DNA of 43,350 nucleotides from a virus (Duplodnaviria; Heunggongvirae; Uroviricota; Caudoviricetes): IMG/VR virus record IMGVR_UViG_2703718812_000010; one strand, 5' to 3'. Shown piece by piece: positions 36,691 to 43,350 of this stretch (position 1 is its first letter; each line of letters starts with the position of its first letter). The notes under the pieces were generated by a model. It saw only the letters and a program-made list of their open reading frames with translations, ran no database searches and was not told where the DNA came from. The position numbers and the translations under genes were made by a program.

Positions 36691-36701
36691 ACCACAGAAA
36701 A

Positions 36702-36718
36702 GGGTGCTGAATGCACCC
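36702..36718. terminator. bidirectional hairpin between convergent S and U' genes
   Basis: GGGTGC-TGAAT-GCACCC; on the minus strand it is followed by TTTTCTG. Confidence 0.4.
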
Positions 36719-36724
36719 TCTGAA

Positions 36725-37246
36725 TTATTCCGGTTTTTCCGGCCAGGGAATCGCCTGGTAATGCCCCTCACTGGCAATATCATTAAAGTGCATTTCTTTA
36801 AGCTGTCGGATATACGCCATCCAGCGCGTCAGCTGTAATTTATTTTCATCGCTAATCATGTCCAGTTTTAATTCTGTTTTCCAGTCATCCACGGTTTCGT
36901 TGGCTTCCTGGAGCAGCGATGAGCGACGCTTTTCAGCAACCGTCTTCCAGTTTACCGGCACCTTTGATATCAGGCCATCAGAACACTGCCAGTTACCGTC
37001 AATATTCACACCTTCCGGCAGTTCGTCCACTTCAACAACAGTAAAACCTGCCGGATATAAAGCAGAGACATCTTCAGCAACAGAGCAGATAATACCCGTT
37101 ACAGGCGAAATACAGAGTTTGTATTTCTTTGTGAAAAGCGGGATAGATTCATAAAAATCCCTTCCGTCCTCACTCTGGAAATACTGAACATCCTCACCAT
37201 AGGGTTTGTGTTCCGGGTAATATCGTTTTACGTTAATAAGCTCCAT
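36725..37246 (-). CDS. tail fibre assembly protein (U'-like chaperone)
   Basis: Internal ATG (MELINVKRYY...) of ORF 36725..37357; C-terminus ...IPWPEKPE typical of tail fibre assembly proteins; lies inside the invertible segment. Start uncertain (37246, 37285 or 37357). Confidence 0.65.
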   Translation of the reverse strand: MELINVKRYYPEHKPYGEDVQYFQSEDGRDFYESIPLFTKKYKLCISPVTGIICSVAEDVSALYPAGFTVVEVDELPEGVNIDGNWQCSDGLISKVPVNWKTVAEKRRSSLLQEANETVDDWKTELKLDMISDENKLQLTRWMAYIRQLKEMHFNDIASEGHYQAIPWPEKPE

Positions 37247-37325
37247 TATTTCACCTTGTTTTTGTTGAAAAGACAAAATCATCATATATTTATTCAGATA
37301 ATCTGTTTTTTGAACTACTGCACTT

Positions 37326-37682
37326 TTATGCGCTGGAAGCTGTTTTCCACGAACCATCTATCAGAAACTGAACAGGTCGATAATATGCGGTTACCGTTGC
37401 ATTACCATCACCAGCGACATCAAGCCCTGTAAGTACGCATCCGTCAGGAACTTCAAAAATATTATATTGCATTCCAATCGTTGACCTTGAACCTCTTCGA
37501 ATGCTTTGAACATAACGTGAGTCAGCCACAGACTGCGTCATCCCCGATGTAATATTTATATCCTGCGTTCCGTCAAATGGGACACCATTAATATTTCTTG
37601 GAGTGGCGAGTTTATTCGCTGCAACAGCCGTTCCGTTCGATGGCAGGGCATTCGCGGCCCTGTTTACAGTATCCCGTAAACC
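37326..37682 (-). CDS. alternative tail fibre variable C-terminal segment (S'v), promoterless and start-less in this orientation
   Basis: The minus-strand frame opens right after a TGA inside gixR and reads GLRDTVNRAANALPSNGTAVAANKLATPRNINGVPFDGTQDINITSGMTQS..., which parallels S residues GLRETVNKAADALPSGGTAVAANRLATPRNINGVPFDGTQDINITSGMTQS... and then diverges. Confidence 0.65.
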   Translation of the reverse strand, partial: GLRDTVNRAANALPSNGTAVAANKLATPRNINGVPFDGTQDINITSGMTQSVADSRYVQSIRRGSRSTIGMQYNIFEVPDGCVLTGLDVAGDGNATVTAYYRPVQFLIDGSWKTASSA

Positions 37683-37696
37683 GAGGTTTCAGGGAT
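37671..37696 (-). repeat. gixR-like recombination site
   Basis: ATCCCGTAAACCGAGGTTTCAGGGAT; its reverse complement shares CGGTTTACGGGA with gixL; 55 bp upstream of the invertase gene. Confidence 0.6.
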
Positions 37697-37750
37697 GCCG
37701 TATATCTGCTTTAAAAGGCCTTTCCACCTCTTTTTAAGGAAGGTAAATAC

Positions 37751-38311
37751 ATGCTGATTGGCTATATACGCGTATCAACAAATGACCAGAACACCGGTTT
37801 ACAAAGAAATGCGCTGGAATGTGCAGGATGTGAGCAGATTTTTGAAGACAAAATGAGTGGTAAAACGACACAGCGGCCGGGACTGAAGCGGGCACTGAAG
37901 AAACTAAAACCCGGTGACACACTGATGGTCTGGAAACTGGACAGGCTGGGGCGCAGTATGCGCCACCTTGTTGCGCTGACAGATGAATTACAGCAACAGG
38001 GGATAAATTTTCGTAGTCTTACTGACAACATTGATACGTCAACCCCCATGGGGCGCTTCTTTTTTCACATAATGGGTGCGCTGGCAGAAATGGAGCGTGA
38101 ATTAATTGTCGAACGGACACGGGCTGGTCTTGCAGCTGCCCGTGAAAGGGGACGAACCGGCGGCAGACCCCGTCGTCTCACGCAGGAACAATACGAGCAG
38201 GTCGGGCGTTTACTGGCCGGGGGTGTCAGTCGAAGACAGGTGGCACTTATTTTTGATATCGGCCTTTCAACCCTTTATCGTTATTATCCTGCGAGCGTTT
38301 CGGAAAAATAA
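37751..38311 (+). CDS. gin: Gin/Hin-family serine DNA invertase
   Basis: MLIGYIRVSTNDQN... with the catalytic serine motif, LDRLGRS, GINFRSLTDNIDTSTPMGRFFFHIMGALAEMERELIVERT and C-terminal HTH; 186 aa. Confidence 0.9.
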   Translation: MLIGYIRVSTNDQNTGLQRNALECAGCEQIFEDKMSGKTTQRPGLKRALKKLKPGDTLMVWKLDRLGRSMRHLVALTDELQQQGINFRSLTDNIDTSTPMGRFFFHIMGALAEMERELIVERTRAGLAAARERGRTGGRPRRLTQEQYEQVGRLLAGGVSRRQVALIFDIGLSTLYRYYPASVSEK

Positions 38312-38401
38312 GACGCTCCCTTTGTTGGGCCTTTACTGAATTAACGCAAAATGGCGTTTATCGGTCTGTGGATATGATAATTCTGTTTATTCAGGAACAG
38401 G

Positions 38402-40459
38402 ATGAATATTATGACGTCCAAATGGGTTCAACTATCATCAATGCCCGGAAACTTTACCGTTAAAGTTTCCGGTGGTACAGCGGCATTTCTTGAGGCTCCC
38501 TTTCCTCCTGCTGAAACGAAAGGAGGAATGACATTTGCTGACTGTCTCATCAGTTTTAATACACAGGATTGCCTGTGGGTAAGGCCAGTATCCGGTGATC
38601 CGAACGTGGAAATTACCGGAGCGGGTATTGGTGCTGTCATTCCGTTAAGTGCTGATGTTGCCGGTACTACTGAACCGTCAGACTGGGATAATGCAGAAAC
38701 ACATACCCGTCCGGCAGGAAATGAAACGGCTTCCAGCTCCCCTTCCTGGTATTACGTGATTGTTATAGCCGGCCAGTCCAATGCTTCATCTTATGGTGAA
38801 GGGTTGCCCCTTCCGGATTCTTATGATCGTCCTGATCCACGTATTATGCAGCTGGCACGCAGGAATACACAAACCCCCGGAGGTATTCCCTGCAAATACA
38901 ATGAAATCATTCCAGCAGATCACTGCCTTCATGATGTTCAGAATATGAGTCTGCTGAACCATCCAAAAGCAGACCTGAAAAAAGGGCAGTATGGTTGTGT
39001 GGGGCAGGGACTTCATATTGCGAAAAAAGTATTACCGGTGATTCCTGCTGATGCCGGGATTTTACTGGTTCCCTGTGCCCGTGGCGGCTCTGCTTTTACA
39101 ACCGGCGCAGTTGGCTCATTCGATCCGGCAAGTGGTGCAGCCGAGGCGTCACTACGCTGGGGAGTGGATACCCCACTGTATCAGGATCTTGTCAGTCGAA
39201 CTAAAGCGGCACTTGAGGCGAATCCAAAGAATGTGCTGTTATCTGTCGTATGGATTCAGGGGGAAGGAGACCTTAAAGCGACCCCGGCCCAGCATGGTGC
39301 CCAGTTTACTGCGATGGTGAAAAAATTCCGTGCGGATCTTGGTGCTTTCTCCGGTCAGTGTATTGGTGGTTCATCAGACAGTGTGCCGTGGTTATGTGGT
39401 GACACAACCTATGACTGGAAAGAGAAGAACCCGGCGGCATATGAAACCATTTATAGCGGATATAAAAACCGGGCTTCCGAGAACATTCACTTTGTTCCAC
39501 TGATGCACGATGAGTTCGGTAATAAAACCGCGACCAACCTGCCGGAGCACGACCCGGATATCGCTTCTGCCGGGTATTATGGTGCGGAATCACGGGGAGA
39601 TGGCAACTGGACAACAGCATCCAGGGCAACCCATTTTAGCTCCTGGGCGCGCCGTTTTCTGGTCTCAGATCGTTTTGCATCAGCAATTCTTAAATATGCA
39701 GGTCTGACCTCTGCATTTATTGCCGGTGTGGCCCCTGATGGTGAAGCCCTGCCTCAGCCCGCGCCGGGTGGGAAACCGGAAGCGCCGACAGGTAGTCAGC
39801 CAGGAGGCAGTGAGTCCCCCCATCCGACATCCCCGTCACTCCGTACGCTGCTTTCACTTAAAGCATCAGCAGGAGAAGCCCCGGCTCAGGGCTGGAAAAT
39901 TACAGATGGTACAATCCAGCTGACGGACGAAGGTAAAGCGTTGACCGTATCCAAACAAAGCGGAAAAACCTGGGCGCTTACCCATGGAACTGATGCAGCC
40001 GGTGAACTTCTGAAGCATGGTGGTCAGTTGACCTGTAAATTCCGTCTGTCAGGTGAAGTAAAAGAAGGCCAGTTTGCTCTGGGTATTTACCTCCACACCG
40101 ATACGGTCCCGGAAGGTGTAACCATGAGTGGTACAGGCACACCGTTCCTGATGGCGTATTATCTCCAGACAACAGGCGGCCAGTTAAATCTGATGCACCA
40201 TAAAACAGGGGGGAATACGAAACTGGGATCATTTGGAGCCTACAATAACCAGTGGCATACACTTGTCCTGAAGTTTACGGCGGGAAGTGCCCAGGTAACG
40301 CCTGTGCTGGATGGCACTCCGGGCCAGGCATTCCAGATGGTGAAAGATGCACTTTCCCCTGCCAAAGATACGCTGACACTGACAGATGTCACCAAAGGGG
40401 CAACTTATGGCGTGTCTTTTGAGAGTGTTGTCCTTGAGGTTAATACCCCTGCGGCATAA
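38402..40459 (+). CDS. SASA/SGNH-type carbohydrate esterase (prophage NanS-p-like sialate O-acetylesterase) with N- and C-terminal accessory domains
   Basis: 685 aa; esterase block YVIVIAGQSNASSYGEG (GQSN serine motif) and a central hydrolase region flanked by an N-terminal domain of about 110 aa and a C-terminal beta-rich domain of about 200 aa; sits between gin and com. Confidence 0.6.
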   Translation: MNIMTSKWVQLSSMPGNFTVKVSGGTAAFLEAPFPPAETKGGMTFADCLISFNTQDCLWVRPVSGDPNVEITGAGIGAVIPLSADVAGTTEPSDWDNAETHTRPAGNETASSSPSWYYVIVIAGQSNASSYGEGLPLPDSYDRPDPRIMQLARRNTQTPGGIPCKYNEIIPADHCLHDVQNMSLLNHPKADLKKGQYGCVGQGLHIAKKVLPVIPADAGILLVPCARGGSAFTTGAVGSFDPASGAAEASLRWGVDTPLYQDLVSRTKAALEANPKNVLLSVVWIQGEGDLKATPAQHGAQFTAMVKKFRADLGAFSGQCIGGSSDSVPWLCGDTTYDWKEKNPAAYETIYSGYKNRASENIHFVPLMHDEFGNKTATNLPEHDPDIASAGYYGAESRGDGNWTTASRATHFSSWARRFLVSDRFASAILKYAGLTSAFIAGVAPDGEALPQPAPGGKPEAPTGSQPGGSESPHPTSPSLRTLLSLKASAGEAPAQGWKITDGTIQLTDEGKALTVSKQSGKTWALTHGTDAAGELLKHGGQLTCKFRLSGEVKEGQFALGIYLHTDTVPEGVTMSGTGTPFLMAYYLQTTGGQLNLMHHKTGGNTKLGSFGAYNNQWHTLVLKFTAGSAQVTPVLDGTPGQAFQMVKDALSPAKDTLTLTDVTKGATYGVSFESVVLEVNTPAA

Positions 40460-40516
40460 TCGTGACGGCCGGGAATTTATCCGGCTGTAACATCAGTTAA
40501 TAAGAGTGAGGCTTAT

Positions 40517-40696
40517 ATGACATATATAAACGTCTGCCTGCTGTATTTCTGCACGGTGGTTTGTTGTCTGTTGCTTGTCAGCGGTGGTTATAAAATTATT
40601 CGCAATTATTTTCGAAATAAAATTGATGCAGCTGCCGAGGAAAAGATAAAAAGCGGTGCTGTAATGCCGCAGCCGAAAGACTCCGGTCAGATTTAA
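40517..40696 (+). CDS. small membrane protein, 59 aa (not in ORF track)
   Basis: ATG at 40517 with GAGTGAGG ribosome-binding region; TM helix CLLYFCTVVCCLLLVSGG; found by direct reading. Confidence 0.3.
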   Translation: MTYINVCLLYFCTVVCCLLLVSGGYKIIRNYFRNKIDAAAEEKIKSGAVMPQPKDSGQI

Positions 40697-40731
40697 TTTT
40701 TTGTGAACCAGAAAAGGAAAGGAGAATATTC

Positions 40732-40977
40732 ATGCCAGAGATTAAAGGCACGGTTACTGAAGAGCTTGTCAAACAGGCACTTTATTCTGAAGAAGTGAAC
40801 CGCGTGCTGAAGGCGCAGGTTCGCAAGGATTTTGAGGCACAAATCGACGCATATGTTGATGAAGTGCTGGCCCGAATGGTTGGTCGTTCTCCGGCTGAAA
40901 ACAGCACGGAAAATGAGCCTCAACCCGTAGAGCAACCAGAGCCGGTTCAGCCCGGAACTGACGGTACTATGATGTAA
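40732..40977 (+). CDS. hypothetical acidic protein, 81 aa
   Basis: ORF preceded by AGGAGAATATTC-ATG; helical N-terminus and Pro/Glu-rich tail. Confidence 0.4.
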   Translation: MPEIKGTVTEELVKQALYSEEVNRVLKAQVRKDFEAQIDAYVDEVLARMVGRSPAENSTENEPQPVEQPEPVQPGTDGTMM

Positions 40978-41294
40978 CAATACCGACCGGCAGGTTTCCC
41001 TGCCGGGTGAATTTGTTAATGCACGTTTTGTGTATTTTCCCTCCGGGGAGAACAGGCAGGACATATCAGCATCCTGAAACAGGAAGCATTTTTTGGTTTG
41101 TATGTCTTGCCATTTTGAGATCGAGAACGGCGATAGATGAGCTGTAAGGGAGTCTTACAGGCAGGGCAAACAGGCTCTTTATCCATGATAAAGATCTCCT
41201 TTTTATGCATCTCTGCTTTACAGGAGACCGGGGAATATCATAGGATACGCCACGAGCTCGAAGTAAAGCATTGATGCAAGTTTTTACAGATTGA

Positions 41295-41330
41295 CCCAGC
41301 ATAGTTCCAGCTATGCTGGGTTTCCCTTTT
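41295..41330 (+). terminator. intrinsic terminator downstream of the moron block
   Basis: Perfect 10 bp stem CCCAGCATAG (41295-41304) / CTATGCTGGG (41311-41320) followed by TTTCCCTTTT. Confidence 0.65.
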
Positions 41331-41373
41331 ATGTAGTATCCTGTTGATTTGAAACATACTACATACTACGCGC

Positions 41374-41550
41374 GATCCTACCTTCACTGTATAAAAAGTC
41401 AATAAAATGATCATTTTATGATCGTTTTCACCACCTAACTCTTCGTTTCTTTAAGTAAATAATCACCGCCCTGAATCATTGTTGATGACTTTTAAATCTA
41501 TTTGTTGTATCAATTAAACAAATCGAATCGATCGTTTTTGTCGATCGATT
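41374..41550 (+). promoter_or_regulatory. com-mom control region: GATC cluster plus putative late-activator motif
   Basis: GATC sites at 41374, 41409 and 41420 (three within 50 bp), then CCGCCCTGAA at 41466-41475 (same 10-mer as upstream of I), then two more GATC at 41530 and 41543. Confidence 0.45.
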
Positions 41551-41593
41551 GCATGAGAAAGGCATCAACAACAAAGCAGGAGGTTATGCGGCC

Positions 41594-41794
41594 ATGTATC
41601 GAAACATACGGTGCCGACACTGCAATAAGCTACTGGCACGGGCCAGTTTCAGTTATCTGGAAGTAAAATGTCCGCGCTGTAAAACCCTCAATCAAATCAC
41701 ATCTCCGAGCGCCACAGAGCACCCCACATACACAAGGAAATCCTGTCGTGGGGAACAGAAAGCAAGTCACATCCCGTATCATCAGCACGCCTGA
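41594..41794 (+). CDS. com: Com-like zinc-finger translational activator of mom
   Basis: [35 protein letters not shown]... with the CxxC...CxxC pattern of Mu Com; AGGAGG upstream; its 3' end overlaps the mom start. Confidence 0.7.
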   Translation: MYRNIRCRHCNKLLARASFSYLEVKCPRCKTLNQITSPSATEHPTYTRKSCRGEQKASHIPYHQHA

Positions 41795-42485
41795 ACTTAT
41801 TCGCTATAACGACAATATCGTTGGTTATGGCTCCCGTGAGTTGCGGGTTGAGACAATAAGTTGCTGGCTGGCCAGACTGGTTATCGTCAATAAACATTAC
41901 AGCCACCGTTTCGTAAATAATTCCTACCTTCATCTGGGCATATTTTCAGAACGGGAACTTGTTGGCGTAATGCAATGGGGTTACGCCCTTAACCCAAACA
42001 GTGGTGCACGCGTCGTAACGGGTACGCAGAACCGAGAATATATGGAGCTTAACCGGCTATGGATGCATGACTGTATGCCGAGAAACTCCGAATCAAGGGC
42101 AATCAGTTACGCGCTCAAGCTAATCAGGCAGCTTTATCCGCAGGTACAGTGGGTTCAGTCGTTTGCAGATGAGCGTTGTGGCTGTCTTGGTGTCGTGTAT
42201 CAGGCCAGCAATTTTGATTATGTAGGCAGCCATGAATCAACATTCTATGAACTTGATGGCGAGTGGTATCACGAGATTTGCAGGAATGCCATTAAACGAG
42301 GCGGACAACGAGGTGAACATCTGAGGGCTAATATCGACAGAGCCAGTGTGCATAAGTTCCGACAGTTTCGTTACATCCGGTTTCTGAACAAGAGGGCCAG
42401 AAAACGCCTCAACACAAAGCTATTCAAAGTCCAGCCTTACCCAAAACCACAAACAGTTAAAGCTGGTTTGAAAGAGAGTGAATGA
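41748..42485 (+). CDS. mom: Mom-like DNA modification protein (anti-restriction)
   Basis: 245 aa ORF overlapping com, the last gene before the right end; Mu Mom-like organisation and size. Start codon uncertain. Confidence 0.7.
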   Translation: MGNRKQVTSRIISTPELIRYNDNIVGYGSRELRVETISCWLARLVIVNKHYSHRFVNNSYLHLGIFSERELVGVMQWGYALNPNSGARVVTGTQNREYMELNRLWMHDCMPRNSESRAISYALKLIRQLYPQVQWVQSFADERCGCLGVVYQASNFDYVGSHESTFYELDGEWYHEICRNAIKRGGQRGEHLRANIDRASVHKFRQFRYIRFLNKRARKRLNTKLFKVQPYPKPQTVKAGLKESE

Positions 42486-42519
42486 GCGCTTAAAAACTCA
42501 TTCTAAAACTCAAAAGAAA

Positions 42520-42622
42520 AGCGCCGATTTAGTATCAAATAAGTTGCGTATCGGCGTTTTTCAGCTGTATCAAATGAAATGCAAATCGGTATCAAAAAAA
42601 TCGCCGCGCTATATATGCTTCA
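42520..42622 (-). repeat. right end (attR-like) with putative transposase-binding repeats
   Basis: Reverse complement reads TGAAGCATATATAGCGCGGCGATTTTTTTGATACCGATTTGC...TTTGATACAGCTG...TTTGATACTAAATCGG, mirroring the left end; the terminal CA is at 42621-42622. Confidence 0.5.
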
Positions 42623-42888
42623 AGAGGCGTATCTGCGTCGCGGTGTCCGTGTGGAGCGGAGTCTGAACGCTGATCGTCTGACCTGGACCGTTTCTGTATA
42701 TCTTCCTGTTCGTGCACATCTGCCACGGACACATGCCTGCTACCGTCAGCGCGTCTGGAGGTAATGTGCGGGTATTACTTCGACCTGTTCTGGTTCCGGA
42801 ACTCGGGCTGGTGGTCCTTAAGCCCGGTCGTGAATCATTGCCAGTTTTTCATCGCGGCAGGGTGCTGGTGGAGCCGGAACCGAAAAAC

Positions 42889-43350
42889 ATGCGGGCGCTG
42901 CCATCTGGAGCGGTTCCTGCTGTTCGCCAGCCGCTGGCGGAAGATAAATCACTGCTGCCATTTTTCAGCGATGAGCGGGTGATTCGTGCAGCTGGCGGCG
43001 CTGGTGCACTGTCTGACTGGTTATTACGTCACGTGAAATCCTGCCAGTGGCCACACGGCGATTATCATCACAGCGAAACCGTTATTCACAGTTACGGTGC
43101 TGGCGCAATGGTGTTGTGCTGGCACTGCGACAACCAGCTGCGCGACCAGACCTCCGAATCACTTGAGCAACTTACTCAACAAAATCTGACAGCCTGGATG
43201 ATTGACGTCATACGCCATGTAATGAATGGCACGCAGGAGCGGGAATTATCGCTGGCTGAATTATCCTGGTGGGCAGTCTGCAATCAGGTGGTGGACGCAT
43301 TACCTGAGGCAGTATCGCGTCGCTCTCTGGGATTACCGGCGGAAAAAATC
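42889..43350 (+). CDS. prophage-like hypothetical protein, partial (runs off window end; not in ORF track)
   Basis: Open frame with no stop from at least 42889 (ATG; an upstream ATG at 42733 is also in frame) to the window end; Cys/His-rich segment CQWPHGDYHH...CWHCDNQL. Confidence 0.4.
   Translation, partial: MRALPSGAVPAVRQPLAEDKSLLPFFSDERVIRAAGGAGALSDWLLRHVKSCQWPHGDYHHSETVIHSYGAGAMVLCWHCDNQLRDQTSESLEQLTQQNLTAWMIDVIRHVMNGTQERELSLAELSWWAVCNQVVDALPEAVSRRSLGLPAEKI

Larger units (their letters stand above)
36310..37683. other. Gin-invertible DNA segment (G-segment-like, about 1.37 kb)
   Basis: Bounded by inverted gix-like sites; contains the S variable 3' part on the plus strand, and a tail fibre assembly gene plus an alternative promoterless fibre C-terminus on the minus strand; the invertase gene is adjacent. 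Confidence 0.7.
3872..42622. mobile_element. Mu-like transposable prophage (Mu gene order c-ner-A-B ... S-gin-com-mom)
   Basis: Complete Mu-type gene order; putative termini 5'-TG (3872) and CA-3' (42621-42622); both ends carry inverted copies of TTTTTGATACCGA / TTTGATAC motifs at matching distances from the termini. Boundaries are good to only a few bp. Confidence 0.8.

Noticed and set aside
41016-41302. Two overlapping minus-strand ORFs (64 and 78 aa), one with CxxC...CxxC pairs
   Set aside because: The region ends in a plus-strand intrinsic terminator (41295-41330) and is best explained as the 3' untranslated end of the moron transcript; there is no ribosome-binding site or supporting context for either ORF.
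41355-41370. Short direct repeat CATACTACATACTAC upstream of com
   Set aside because: Only two copies of a 7-mer; no evidence that it is anything more than local sequence redundancy next to the GATC cluster.
42478-42982. Small plus-strand ORFs (62, 61 and 72 aa) spanning the right end of the prophage
   Set aside because: They cross the predicted terminal repeats or overlap the longer frame-1 ORF that continues to the window end; Cys/Arg/Trp-rich composition typical of out-of-frame translation.
1-43350. CRISPR arrays, rRNA genes, integrase or tRNA attachment site
   Set aside because: No regularly spaced direct repeats, no rRNA-like sequence and no tyrosine integrase ORF were seen; mobility is explained by the DDE transposase and Mu-type ends.

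Overview
The window is dominated by one near-complete Mu-like transposable prophage, about 38.7 kb at roughly 3872-42622, inserted into a lambdoid-prophage-like region. All calls rest on reading the supplied ORF translations and the raw sequence; no database search was run. Gene order follows the phage Mu plan: an immunity region (leftward repressor, then rightward ner, DDE transposase A and AAA+ ATPase B), a packed accessory early operon of small unknown genes that includes Gam, then gp16/GemA, a Mor/C-family activator, a lysis cassette (SAR endolysin plus overlapping spanins), terminase, portal, F, G, I protease/scaffold, major head protein, sheath, tube, chaperone, tape measure, N, the baseplate genes, and tail fibre S. 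S is followed by a Gin-type invertible segment, a Gin serine invertase, a SASA/SGNH esterase cargo gene, and com-mom at the right end. The left flank (1-3870) carries prophage-type small genes, a hokD-like type I toxin and a YgiW-family OB-fold protein; the right flank is a partial prophage-like ORF running off the window. The most interesting places to look are the unknown early-operon genes (8277-13439), the esterase moron between gin and com, the invertible segment with only one fibre-assembly gene, the XRE-type repressor in a Mu backbone, and a tRNA-like structure between F and G. No CRISPR array or rRNA was seen.
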